Below, in pieces: positions 39,906 through 50,214 of a DNA stretch of 64,000 nt. Position 1 is the stretch's first letter. Each line of letters begins with the position of its first letter. A program made the position numbers and the translations under genes. The DNA is taken from assembly GCA_963665295.1 (NCBI GenBank), contig OY762209.1, forward strand, positions 4,928,001 to 4,992,000. The letters run 5' to 3'. This DNA is from Syntrophorhabdaceae bacterium (GTDB lineage Bacteria; Desulfobacterota; Syntrophorhabdia; Syntrophorhabdales; Syntrophorhabdaceae). The notes under the pieces are model-generated. The model saw only the letters and a list, made by a program, of their open reading frames with translations. It was not told the DNA's origin and did not search any database.

Positions 39906-41171
39906 TTACTCCACAAGCTCCAGAAAATGATGGACCTTCTGGGGCATCTCGTTTCTCAGTACATTATCGATCAGATTGATCATGCACCCCGGACATGCCG
40001 TCACCACGATGTCTGCACCTGTGGTTCTGATACCGGCCATTTTCTTGTCAGCTATTTTCTTCGTCAGATCGTAGTGATAGACGCTGAAGGAACCGCCCAT
40101 GCCGCAGCACATGTCCGCATTCGGCATCTCCACATATTTGAGCCCTTTCAATCCTTTGAGGATTGCTCTCGGCTGATCTTTGATGTTTTGATATCTCACG
40201 AGGTGGCAAGGATCGTGCCACGTTGCAGTCTTGCCTTCGAATTCCTTCTTGAGCTTCAGGTCCTCCGGTTTGATCTTCAGTACGTCGATGATGAACTCGG
40301 TGCTGTCCTTGATCTTCTTTCCGAATTCTTCATACCGTTTCGCCTGATCCTCATTTTCCGCGATATACTTCTGATAGTCCTTAAGGGTGGAACTGCACGT
40401 GCCGCATCCGGTTACGATAACGTCCACGTCCTTGAATGCCTTGATGTTCTCCTCGGCAAGCATCCTGCCCGTCTCGAAATCGCCGCTGAAGTAGATGGCG
40501 GCGCCGCAACAACTCTGCTCCTCGGGGACCACGACCTCGACCCCGTGCTTCGTGAGGAAATCGATAATCTTGAGTCCCAGTTCCGGATAGACAAAGTCCA
40601 TGGCGCATCCGCTGAAGAAACCGACCTTCATCGTCGCCTTGCCGTCCTTGGCCGGGTTCACCCTCTTCACCTGATCCCGGAGGAACGTCTTGGCGATCTC
40701 CGGAATATTTCTCCCGTGGCCCATGGCCTTGAGGAAATCGGGAAGATGGCGTATCTTACCTTCCGTCTTCGGCATCATAAACTGGAACATCTGGGCGAGT
40801 TTCACATACCGGCCGAAGGCCCGTCTGTTCGCCATGACCTTCCTGAAGGCGAAGTTTTTAATGAATCCGAGGCCTTTTTCCTTTACCAACTGGGCTCTCG
40901 CACCGACAACGACCCTGTCGATCTGTGTCTTCGCAGGACAGTTTGCCGCGCACCTCTTACAGAGGAGACACTTACCTATGATTTCAGCCATCTCCGGCGT
41001 GAACTTCTGCTCACCGCGGAGCATCATCCTTACCAGATAGTTTTTTCCTCTGGCAACGGAGGTTTCCACCTTCTCTTCCTGGTATACAGGGCAGAAAAAG
41101 CTGCAAAACCCGCATCTCATGCACTGATTAGCGTACTGCTCTATGTTTTTGAGTTCTTTTAAGTCTTCCAA
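39906..41171 (-). CDS. glcF: GlcF-like Fe-S / CCG-domain oxidoreductase subunit
   Basis: Two CxxCxxCxxxCP motifs and two CCG domains (HDPCH, CCGMGG, TACPGC). Confidence 0.85.
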   Translation of the reverse strand: MEDLKELKNIEQYANQCMRCGFCSFFCPVYQEEKVETSVARGKNYLVRMMLRGEQKFTPEMAEIIGKCLLCKRCAANCPAKTQIDRVVVGARAQLVKEKGLGFIKNFAFRKVMANRRAFGRYVKLAQMFQFMMPKTEGKIRHLPDFLKAMGHGRNIPEIAKTFLRDQVKRVNPAKDGKATMKVGFFSGCAMDFVYPELGLKIIDFLTKHGVEVVVPEEQSCCGAAIYFSGDFETGRMLAEENIKAFKDVDVIVTGCGTCSSTLKDYQKYIAENEDQAKRYEEFGKKIKDSTEFIIDVLKIKPEDLKLKKEFEGKTATWHDPCHLVRYQNIKDQPRAILKGLKGLKYVEMPNADMCCGMGGSFSVYHYDLTKKIADKKMAGIRTTGADIVVTACPGCMINLIDNVLRNEMPQKVHHFLELVE

Positions 41172-41191
41172 GCGCGACCCCCTTTAATACC

Positions 41192-42571
41192 TTAATCCCA
41201 AATCTTGCCTGGGTTCATTATGTTGTTCGGATCGAAAAGGGCCTTGATGCTCTTCATAAGGTTGACCACTACGGGGTTCGTAACTTTGTTGAAGAATTTC
41301 TGTTTTTCAAGGCCGATGCCGTGTTCTCCCGAAAGAACGCCCCCAAGCTCCACCGCGCTCTCTATGATCTCGTCAATTGCCTTCAGAGACCTTTCATAAT
41401 GCTCTTTGTTCTTGATATCCGTCAATACCGAGGGATGAAGGTTGCCGTCGCCCGCGTGCCCGAGGCAGCAGGATTCGACGTTGTATTTTTTCGCAATCAC
41501 CTTGATCTTCTTGATAAGGGCAGGGATATTCCCTCTCGGGACGGTGACATCCTCCGACATAACTGTGGGCGCTTTTCCGAAGACAGCCGCAAAGCCCGCC
41601 TTTCTCGCCATCCAGTACTTGTCGGCCTCCGCCTGATCCTTGGCGACCCTTACGTCTACGGCGCCATATTTCTTCGCCACCTCGACGACCTTTTCTATCT
41701 CTTTTTCCACGACCTCAGGTATGCCGTCGCACTCGAAAAGAAGTACGGCATCCGCGTCCTTGGGAAGACCCATGGGTGCGATCTCTTCTATTCTATTGAT
41801 AACCCAGTTATCGAGAAGTTCTATCTTGGCCGGTATCACCCCATTTTCCAGAACCCGAAAGACGTTTTCGCCCGCCACCGACACGTCTGCATAGACTGCC
41901 ATGACCGTCTTCTTAGCCTGTGGGATCGGCCTCAACTTCAATTCCGCCTTTGTAATCACGCCAAGGGTACCCTCGGAGCTGATGAAAATGTGGAGGAGAT
42001 CATATCCGACCACGTTCTTGAGTGTCCTGCCCCCGAGATTAACAATCTCGCCCGTTGGGAGCACGGCCTCGATTCCGAGGATGTACTGCTTCGTAACGCC
42101 GTACTTCACGCATGCCGGTCCACCTGCGTTCTCCGCGATGATCCCGCCCATGGTAGCGCCAAGAAAACTCTGCGGATCCGGCGGAAAGAAGAGCCCGTCT
42201 TTCGCCAGCTGCATTGTGAGATCCTGAAGCACTACGCCACATTCCACTGTGGCCGACAGGTTTTCCTTGTCGATCTTCACGATCTTGTTCATCTTGGTGG
42301 TGACCAGAACGATCCCGCCCATGACCGGCACCGACCCGCCGCTCACGTTGGTGCCGCCGCCCCTCGGAGTTACAGGTATCTTCTCCTGATTGGCCAGCTT
42401 CAAGATCGCCGCGATCTGTTCCGAGGTTGTGGGGAAAACTACGACCTCCGGCTCATGCTGCCACATCGACGTGCCGTCGTACGAATACGCCTTGAGCCCC
42501 TCGGGCGTCGTCAGGACTTCTTCTTTCCCGACAATCTTCTGCAATTCAGCTAATACTGCTTCTCTTATCAT
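41192..42571 (-). CDS. glcD: GlcD-like FAD-linked 2-hydroxyacid (glycolate/lactate) dehydrogenase subunit
   Basis: PRGGGT, FPPDPQS, SEGTLG, HAGDGNLH, GEHGIG, MNPGK. Confidence 0.88.
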   Translation of the reverse strand: MIREAVLAELQKIVGKEEVLTTPEGLKAYSYDGTSMWQHEPEVVVFPTTSEQIAAILKLANQEKIPVTPRGGGTNVSGGSVPVMGGIVLVTTKMNKIVKIDKENLSATVECGVVLQDLTMQLAKDGLFFPPDPQSFLGATMGGIIAENAGGPACVKYGVTKQYILGIEAVLPTGEIVNLGGRTLKNVVGYDLLHIFISSEGTLGVITKAELKLRPIPQAKKTVMAVYADVSVAGENVFRVLENGVIPAKIELLDNWVINRIEEIAPMGLPKDADAVLLFECDGIPEVVEKEIEKVVEVAKKYGAVDVRVAKDQAEADKYWMARKAGFAAVFGKAPTVMSEDVTVPRGNIPALIKKIKVIAKKYNVESCCLGHAGDGNLHPSVLTDIKNKEHYERSLKAIDEIIESAVELGGVLSGEHGIGLEKQKFFNKVTNPVVVNLMKSIKALFDPNNIMNPGKIWD

Positions 42572-42834
42572 CCAGACCCCCTATTCGAAAAGTTATGTGA
42601 TATATTGTAGTAATATCCTTTTATTAGTGAATTTGTCAAGCGAATATGATAAAGGGTTCAACCTGTTTTCCATACAGAATCACCGTCTTGGGACCACCGG
42701 GGTTTTCCCGTATACAGGGGTTTTCGTATACGGTTTTTTCCTCCGCGGCACGGGCCGATATCGTCGAAGCGGTCTTTAATGAAGGGTAAAACCATCCCGT
42801 AGACAGTATACCATAAGGCGCAAGGAAGAAACAA

Positions 42835-43743
42835 ATGGCGACCATCGAGACCATCGCACCCATATTTCTCATCATGATAATCGGTTATATCATGCAAAAA
42901 ACGGGTTTTCTGAACAGCATTTTCGCCAGGGAAGCAAATAGGCTCACCTTCCTTTTTACCCTGCCCGTACTCATATTCACAGGCATCGTGAAGTCCAATG
43001 CGAGGGATGTGACGGCTTCCCACATCCTCGCCGTCATACTTCCGTCGGCAGCCGTCTTTCTTATAGCCTGCGCCCTGGGCATGGCAATCGGCCTCAGGAA
43101 GGGGACGCTGGGAAGCTTTGTCCAGACTACATTTCACGGAAACGTCTCATACATCGGACTCGCCGTACTCTATTACATGCTCGGCGAAGACGGGCTTATG
43201 AGGGGGAGCATCCTTATCGGGTTCCTCATACTCTTCAACAACACCCTTGCCGTCGCGGTCCTTTCCCGGGCCTCCGGGCAACACACGAACCCGGCCGCCC
43301 AGATCCTTTCCATCATCAAGACTCCGGTAATCCCCGCCACCTTTGCAGGCATGGCGGTCCTCTATTCCGGCATCGCCGTCCCCGGTGTAATTATGAAGAC
43401 CATGGTTATTCTCGCGAACGTGGCCCTTCCTGTTGCTCTCATCCTTATCGGCGCGTCCATCTCACCCGGCGCCATAAGAAATGCTTTCAGGCTCTCCGTT
43501 CTTTCCACGGCCCTTAAGTCGGGCGTCCTGCCCTTTCTCGCCCTCATCACCTGTCACCTTTTCGCCATTCCTCCCCGGGATGCCCTCCCCGCTGTCCTGC
43601 TCCTTGCCACTCCGACGGCAAGCACGTCCTATATCATGGCCCGCCAGATGGGAGGGGATTCTGAATTCGCATCCTGCGCGGTGACCCTGTCCACGATCCT
43701 CTCCCCTGTTGCCTTCGGGTTGTGGGCATACATCATGGCGTAA
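42835..43743 (+). CDS. AEC family transporter
   Basis: Hydrophobic; GNVSYIGL, PVALILIGA, MGGDSEFAS. Confidence 0.88.
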   Translation: MATIETIAPIFLIMIIGYIMQKTGFLNSIFAREANRLTFLFTLPVLIFTGIVKSNARDVTASHILAVILPSAAVFLIACALGMAIGLRKGTLGSFVQTTFHGNVSYIGLAVLYYMLGEDGLMRGSILIGFLILFNNTLAVAVLSRASGQHTNPAAQILSIIKTPVIPATFAGMAVLYSGIAVPGVIMKTMVILANVALPVALILIGASISPGAIRNAFRLSVLSTALKSGVLPFLALITCHLFAIPPRDALPAVLLLATPTASTSYIMARQMGGDSEFASCAVTLSTILSPVAFGLWAYIMA

Positions 43744-43777
43744 GGGGTTTTTGCGGCGTGTCCCTTGAACGGAAGCC

Positions 43778-44596
43778 CTAGGGCTTCAATCGTTCCAGTT
43801 TTTCGACAACCGGGGCTATTCCGTGCTGCTCCATGTCGTAACTTTCCACGATGACCTTCCCTTTGTAGCCAAGCTCCGCGAGGCCGTGGACGATCCTTTT
43901 CAGATCAACGCCGTTTTTGAGAAACGCATGATCGTCCTTTATACCGGAGTTGCCGTGGAGGTGGACATGTATAAGGTGGTGGGGACCAAGGCGCGCGAGG
44001 TCCGAAAGTATCGCGCCTTCCGGGTCAACCGCCCCCTTCCCGTGCTGCACGATATAGGCGTGTCCCACGTCGAGGGCGAGTCCCACATGGGGCACCCGCT
44101 CGCAAAAGCGGGCGAAGTCGCCCAATTCATGGAGAAAGAAATAGGGCATGTGCACGTTCTCCAGGGCTATCGTCACCCCGAGTTCTTTCGCGTAAAGGGA
44201 TAGGTCGCTCAAATCCTCGATGAAATTGGCCCTTGCCTTTTCCTCCACATCCCTGGCTTTCCCCGAGAGAAAGGTATAACCCGGATGTACCACCACCGGG
44301 CTTGCACCGACTGTGCCGGCCACCCGGAGGGCATCCTTTATCCGTTCTTTTGAGATGGCCCTGATGTCTTCGAAAAAGCTTCCTAGGTTTATCTCGAAGA
44401 AGGGGGCATGCATGGAAAATTCCACCCCTTGGGCCCCCAGGCGTTCGATCTCCCGGAAAAACCCTGTGTCCATGGTGAGGACGTGGGGTATCTCCATGGA
44501 CAGTTCGAAAACCCTTATGCCATGGGACATGGCTTTTTCAATGGCGGAGAACAACCTTTTCCCGGTGAAAAAATAGGTGGAAAATCCGAATTTCAT
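43778..44596 (-). CDS. Xylose-isomerase-like TIM barrel (sugar phosphate isomerase/epimerase/AP endonuclease 2 family)
   Basis: MHAPF, VVHPG, LENV, LDVGHA, HVHLH. Confidence 0.85.
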   Translation of the reverse strand: MKFGFSTYFFTGKRLFSAIEKAMSHGIRVFELSMEIPHVLTMDTGFFREIERLGAQGVEFSMHAPFFEINLGSFFEDIRAISKERIKDALRVAGTVGASPVVVHPGYTFLSGKARDVEEKARANFIEDLSDLSLYAKELGVTIALENVHMPYFFLHELGDFARFCERVPHVGLALDVGHAYIVQHGKGAVDPEGAILSDLARLGPHHLIHVHLHGNSGIKDDHAFLKNGVDLKRIVHGLAELGYKGKVIVESYDMEQHGIAPVVEKLERLKP

Positions 44597-44707
44597 CTAA
44601 AGCGGTTCCTCTTGCCGATCGCGCCGGTACCCTTCATATAATAGTGGGGTTCCGGGCCGCCGACTGTGTGCGGCCCGGGCCCACCGGCTTTCGGCGCTCT
44701 GTCGGTG

Positions 44708-45352
44708 TTACTTCAGTGCTGCTTTTACCTGGGCAACAATCTCATCACTGCTGAGAGAAGCGATGGTCTTAAGAAGGCCTTCCTTCGCGTAGAAATTGAT
44801 GAGAGGAGAAGTTTTCTCATTGTAAGTCTCGAGGCGCTTCGTAATTGCGTCCACTGTCTCGTCGGCGCGCTGCACTGCGGGAGAGCCGCACTTCAGGCAT
44901 TTTCCCTCCGGTGTCGGCGGCTTGCTTTTTATATTATAGATTTCCTGGCAGTCGGGGTTCGAGCAGGTCCTTCTTGTGGTCAACCTGTCCAGAATGACGT
45001 CCGTCGGCACATCGAGGTTGATGACCGCGTCCAGCTTGATGCCCAGTTTGCCAAGGAGCACCTTGAGGTCCTCCGCCTGGGGTATGGTCCTCGGAAAACC
45101 ATCGAGCAAGAAACCCTTTGCGCAGTCCGGCTCCTGAAGCCTTGCTTCCATGATGTCCATGATCAGTTTGTCGGGCACGAGTTCGCCCCGCTCCATGTAT
45201 CCCTGCGCTTCCAAACCAAGTTTCGTCTTGGCCTTGACCGCGTTCCTCAAAATATCGCCTGTGGAGATTTGCACTGATCCGTCATAATCGGTCAACATCT
45301 TTGCCACCGTACCCTTACCGGCACCCGGCGCTCCCAGTAATACTATTTTCAT
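44708..45352 (-). CDS. adk: Adenylate kinase (Zn-lid type)
   Basis: GAPGAGKGT, STGDILR, LDGFPRT, four-Cys lid. Confidence 0.96.
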   Translation of the reverse strand: MKIVLLGAPGAGKGTVAKMLTDYDGSVQISTGDILRNAVKAKTKLGLEAQGYMERGELVPDKLIMDIMEARLQEPDCAKGFLLDGFPRTIPQAEDLKVLLGKLGIKLDAVINLDVPTDVILDRLTTRRTCSNPDCQEIYNIKSKPPTPEGKCLKCGSPAVQRADETVDAITKRLETYNEKTSPLINFYAKEGLLKTIASLSSDEIVAQVKAALK

Positions 45353-45627
45353 GGGCCAGCCTCCTGTTTTTATATTTGTTTGGGTTTAAGACGCGATATT
45401 ATACCTCCATTTTCACCAAATGGAAATCTAATTCGCCCCGGCCGGGGAAGGACGGGGACGGGGGCAGCGGAAGGGCGATATCCTTTTCGTGAACAATCGA
45501 TTCCGGCGAGACCTGAATACTGTACTGGTTTATGTCCATAGACCCCGTCACGGGGAAACCGTTGGAATAGCTTGATCAGCGGGTTTCGACCCTTTTTGAC
45601 AGGGTTCATGGAGTAGGCTATACTATT

Positions 45628-47631
45628 GTGATGAAAACCTATACGCTGCACCGGGACGCCTCCCCCCGCAAGGCGCTCGTGGATTATGAAAAAGACCTGA
45701 ACGAGGAGCAGTTTGCCGTGGTTACCGCCTCTCACGGCCCTATCCTTGTCATAGCCGGGGCGGGAAGCGGCAAAACCAGGGTTGTCACGTACCGGGTGGC
45801 CCGGTTGCTCGAACAAGGGGTATCGCCCAATTCCATTCTTCTCCTCACGTTCACAAACAAGGCGGCCCGCGAGATGCTCTATCGCGTGGAACGTCTGGTC
45901 AAGATGGATACGCGCTACATGTGGGGAGGCACCTTTCACCATATCGGCAACCTGATCTTGAGGCAAAACAGCAAAAGAGTGGATTACAAGCCTGATTTCA
46001 TCATACTTGACAACGAAGATGCCAAAGACCTGATAGACGTGGTGACGAAGGAAGCGAAGATCGACACCAAGGAAAAGCGGTTCCCCAAAGGGCAGGTGCT
46101 GAAAGAGGTGTTCAGTTACTCCCTCAACACCATGCAGGATATCGAGGAAACGGTTGACCAGAGGTATCCCGATTTTCTCGATATCCTGGGTCAGATTGCG
46201 GATATTCAGAAAGGGTACTCGGAAAAGAAGAAGGCCTCTAATGTCATGGACTTCGACGATCTTCTCTACTACTGGCACCGGCTTCTGGCCGAGGACGAAA
46301 CATTGCGGAAGTATTATGCCTCTGTTTTTTCGCACATCCTTGTCGATGAATACCAGGACACAAACAGGATACAGTCGGAAATAGTCGATTTCATGGGTCT
46401 TATCAACCGGAACGTCATGGCCGTCGGAGACGATGCGCAATCGGTCTATAGTTTCCGTGGAGCCAATTTCCAGAACATCTTCGATTTCCCCAAGCGCTAC
46501 AGCGATGCCCGGGTCTATAAACTGGAGACCAATTACAGGAGCACTCCGGAGATCCTTGACCTCGCCAACCATTCCATTTCACACAATGTGCAGCAGTTCG
46601 AAAAGAACCTGCGGGCAGTGAGGATTAACGGCGTTATCCCTGCGGTCACCCCCACAAGGGACGTGATGCAGCAGGCCGAGTTCGTGGTACAGCGAATAAG
46701 GGAATTGCGCGATGAAGGGGTCCCCCTGAGCGAGATCGCGGTACTCTACCGCGCCCATTACCACTGCATGGAATTGCAGATGGAATTGACCCGGCACGAC
46801 ATACCTTTTGAGATACGAAGCGGCCTCCGGTTCTTTGAACAGGCCCACATCAAGGATGTGGTTGCCTATCTCAGGATCATGCTCAACCCCTCGGACGAAA
46901 TCTCATGGAAGCGGATACTCAAGATGCTGCCTCGTATAGGAAAGAAGACGGCGGACCGTATCTACGACCTGATAAAGACCCATGATGATCCCATTGCGCT
47001 TTTTATCACCAAAAAGATCGGGGAGCACTTCAAGAGCCTGCAGCAAGGGGACGTAGAACGCCTCTCCAGGCTTTTCGCCCGCCTTGAGGCGCTGAAGGGG
47101 TATGAAGCCATGTCCGATATGATCGCCGCCATCCTTGAGCACGGTTATACCGACTACCTCAAGTACACCTATCCCAACGCGGAGAATCGTCTCGAAGACA
47201 TAGGCCAGTTCATGAATTTCTCGACCGGGTACGACTCGCTCCTCAATTTCCTGAGCGAGCTTTCCCTTATGAGCGGTATAAGCGGAGAAGAGATCGACTC
47301 CACCGACGGACGGGGGGACGAGAGGGTTATTCTCAGCACCATTCACCAAGCGAAGGGACTCGAGTGGAATGTGGTCTTTCTTATCTGGTGCGCCGAAGGA
47401 AGGTTTCCCAACCCCAAGGCAGTGGAAGAGGGTGAAACCGAAGAGGAGAGGCGTCTTTTCTATGTGGCGGCGACGCGGGCCAAAGATCAACTCTATCTCT
47501 GCCACCCCCTGATGACCTTCGATCGCCAGATAGGCTCCGTCAGCCTGAGACCGTCCCGTTTCATCGCGGAGTTGAAATCATCCCACTACGAGGAATGGCA
47601 CATCGCGGACGAGTGGTCAACCCTTGCGTAG
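45628..47631 (+). CDS. UvrD/PcrA/Rep family helicase
   Basis: AGAGSGKT, VDEYQDTN, GDDAQS, NYRS, HQAKGLE, EERRLFYVA. Confidence 0.95.
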   Translation: MMKTYTLHRDASPRKALVDYEKDLNEEQFAVVTASHGPILVIAGAGSGKTRVVTYRVARLLEQGVSPNSILLLTFTNKAAREMLYRVERLVKMDTRYMWGGTFHHIGNLILRQNSKRVDYKPDFIILDNEDAKDLIDVVTKEAKIDTKEKRFPKGQVLKEVFSYSLNTMQDIEETVDQRYPDFLDILGQIADIQKGYSEKKKASNVMDFDDLLYYWHRLLAEDETLRKYYASVFSHILVDEYQDTNRIQSEIVDFMGLINRNVMAVGDDAQSVYSFRGANFQNIFDFPKRYSDARVYKLETNYRSTPEILDLANHSISHNVQQFEKNLRAVRINGVIPAVTPTRDVMQQAEFVVQRIRELRDEGVPLSEIAVLYRAHYHCMELQMELTRHDIPFEIRSGLRFFEQAHIKDVVAYLRIMLNPSDEISWKRILKMLPRIGKKTADRIYDLIKTHDDPIALFITKKIGEHFKSLQQGDVERLSRLFARLEALKGYEAMSDMIAAILEHGYTDYLKYTYPNAENRLEDIGQFMNFSTGYDSLLNFLSELSLMSGISGEEIDSTDGRGDERVILSTIHQAKGLEWNVVFLIWCAEGRFPNPKAVEEGETEEERRLFYVAATRAKDQLYLCHPLMTFDRQIGSVSLRPSRFIAELKSSHYEEWHIADEWSTLA

Positions 47632-47824
47632 GCCACCGGCGTTCCATTTCCCTGATGAGAAGTAAGTGTCGTTTCTGTAATGATGGCCGCTGGCTCGAAT
47701 ATTTTATGCAGTATTTACGGTATGTTAGGTACGGCGTTTTGCGACTATTTGCCCGAAAGAGAGTTACTTCTCAGGGATCGATAGTCAACTACGTCCCCTA
47801 TGGTGCCTTTCTTCCCTGTGCCTA

Positions 47825-49984
47825 TTATGCCTCCAGCCTTGCATCCAATGGGCGCCTAACCGCCCCGGCCAGTTCCCGCCTGGTAAGGGGTTTCACGAGA
47901 AACGCCCTGATCCCTATTTCCTTTGCCTCCTCCGGCGACACTGTCTCGCTGTGGCCGGTACAGAGGATAACGGGGATGTCGCCCCTTATTGCGAGAAGCT
48001 CTTTCGCAAGATCTGCCCCGGTCAGTCGGGAAATGGTCTGATCCGTGATGACGAGGTCGAATAGGGTCGGGTCGGCAGAAAAAATATTGAGGGCCTCCAC
48101 GCTGTCGGTCACGGCGGTTACCATGTACCCGAGCCGGCTTAGGACAGCCCGTCCCCATTCAACGAGCATCTCTTCGTCATCGACGAGAAGGATCCTCTCA
48201 TCCCCTCCGGGGATATGAGGCATCTCTGCAACCTCCGTTACTGTACCGGTCATTGCTTTAGGTAGAAGCACCCTGAAGGTGGAACCCACCCCGGGCTCAC
48301 TTTCGACGGTGATCGTGCCCTGAAGGTCCTTTACGATCCCGTACACCATTGCGAGGCCCATGCCGGTGCCTTCACCCGCGCCCCTCGTGGTAAAGAAGGG
48401 TTCGAAAATCCGTTTTATCACCTGGGGACTCATGCCCGTTCCCGTGTCCTTCACGGTGAGTTGGATAAATTCCCCGGGAGTCACGTCAAGTCCCGGTACG
48501 GGAGAGTCCGGCACAAAACCAAAATCCGCGAGGCCGATCTCAAGGATCCCTGTTCCCTGCATGGCAAGGGAGGCATTGGTGGCGAGGTTCATAAGGACCT
48601 GCTGCACCTCCGTGGGGGCAGCGAGTACCGTGTCGGAGGTCGTGGTGATCGTAACCCGGATCTCAATCGTGACGGGAATAGAGGCCCTCAAGAGCTGAAC
48701 GGTCTCATCAATGATGGGTGAGAGGGACAGCAGGGTTTTCGCATGATTGGTCTTACGGGAAAAGGAAAGGATTTGTTTCACAAGATCTCTTGCCCTCATG
48801 GCCGATTTCAGGACATTCTTAAGATTCTTCCCCACGAGGGGACGATCGGGGACATCATCAATCGCCATCTCCGTGAACCCGACGATCGCCCCCAGGATGT
48901 TGTTGAAATCATGGGCAATCCCTCCCGCGAGGGTACCGATAGCCTCCATCTTCTGCACCTGGCGGAGCTGCTCTTCGACTTGGCGCTGCCTGGTGACCTC
49001 CTCGACCGCCACGCTTACACCCACAACCTTTCCCGAGGAGTCTTTCAGCGGATACCAGCCCGCTATCCATGTCCGGGGGGGAGCTCCCGGTCTCGCCAGG
49101 GTTTCTCCGGTGATTTCCATATCGATGACCGGCTCACCCGTCTCTATGATCCGGCGGACCAGGCGCTCGGCTTCATCTGCGAAGGCAGGCACTATCTCGC
49201 GCATAGACCGGCCGAGGTGCTCCCGGGCCGGTATGCCGTTCATCTCGGCGAGGCGTTCATTTACTCTCTGATACCGAAGATCGGTATCCAGGACACATAA
49301 ACCAATGGGCGCTGTATCGTAATAGGCCTCGATTTCCCTTTTCTGTTCCCGGGCAATCTCCTCGCTCTTCGTGAGCGCTTCGGTCCTATCCCTTACGCGT
49401 TCCTCCAGTTCATCGTGCGCTTTCTTAAGCGCCTCCTCGGCCCGCTTCCTCGCGGTGATGTCGCTCGCCGCCGACCGGCAATGGGTAAAACGTCCTTTGT
49501 CATCCTTGCTCGCAATGCTTTCGAGGGACACCGTTATGCGGGTCCCATCTTTCTTCGCGATATCGATCTCGCACAACTCCCGGGCGGTGGTGCGCAGGAC
49601 CTTTTTATGATGCTCAAAGAATATTTTCTCGGAATAGGGCGCCACGAAGCGGGAAAAAGGCTTATTGAGGAGGCGGCCCCTTTCCACGCCAAGCAGCCTG
49701 GCGCCGGTCAGGTTAACCTCGAGGATCAGTCCGTGCTCATCAAAGGTAAAATAGCCCACGGGGGCAAAGTCGTAGAGGTCGGCATAACGGGATCGCGAAG
49801 CCTCGATTTCAACTTGGGACTGCCTGAGCGCCACATTTTGCATCTCAAGCTCGATCTGGTGCGTTTCAAGTTCCTGGAGGAGGTACTCGGGGTCCCGGGA
49901 CGAGGGCGGTGCAACCGAATCCGATTCCCCCGGTATGGTTTTCACGGGCTCTCTCTCATCCTCGTCGTGTGGGTGGCGTGTCAT
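47825..49984 (-). CDS. PAS-PAS hybrid sensor histidine kinase with receiver domain
   Basis: AHDFNN H-box, N/G/F boxes, C-terminal REC (LVDDE..TDQ..KP). Confidence 0.93.
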   Translation of the reverse strand: MTRHPHDEDEREPVKTIPGESDSVAPPSSRDPEYLLQELETHQIELEMQNVALRQSQVEIEASRSRYADLYDFAPVGYFTFDEHGLILEVNLTGARLLGVERGRLLNKPFSRFVAPYSEKIFFEHHKKVLRTTARELCEIDIAKKDGTRITVSLESIASKDDKGRFTHCRSAASDITARKRAEEALKKAHDELEERVRDRTEALTKSEEIAREQKREIEAYYDTAPIGLCVLDTDLRYQRVNERLAEMNGIPAREHLGRSMREIVPAFADEAERLVRRIIETGEPVIDMEITGETLARPGAPPRTWIAGWYPLKDSSGKVVGVSVAVEEVTRQRQVEEQLRQVQKMEAIGTLAGGIAHDFNNILGAIVGFTEMAIDDVPDRPLVGKNLKNVLKSAMRARDLVKQILSFSRKTNHAKTLLSLSPIIDETVQLLRASIPVTIEIRVTITTTSDTVLAAPTEVQQVLMNLATNASLAMQGTGILEIGLADFGFVPDSPVPGLDVTPGEFIQLTVKDTGTGMSPQVIKRIFEPFFTTRGAGEGTGMGLAMVYGIVKDLQGTITVESEPGVGSTFRVLLPKAMTGTVTEVAEMPHIPGGDERILLVDDEEMLVEWGRAVLSRLGYMVTAVTDSVEALNIFSADPTLFDLVITDQTISRLTGADLAKELLAIRGDIPVILCTGHSETVSPEEAKEIGIRAFLVKPLTRRELAGAVRRPLDARLEA

Positions 49985-50214
49985 GCCTATTCTTTTTGTC
50001 CGATTAAGTCTAACAAATATGACCTTCGGTTTGCAAATTAAGTTCAGATTTCATGGTCACAAGAGAGACCTCCCGATTATTGATGTTTCTTTGTAAAAGA
50101 GTAATGTTATACTGAATATAAGCACCCGGATTGCATTTGTCATAGAGAGGCTCAAGGAACTTTCTCTTAGGCGGTTTCCATAGTGCATATGGACTGAAAT
50201 CGAGGAGGAACGAC

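Noticed and set aside
47652..47760. Hammerhead ribozyme (CTGATGA...GAAA)
   Set aside because: Required stems II and III do not form around the core motifs
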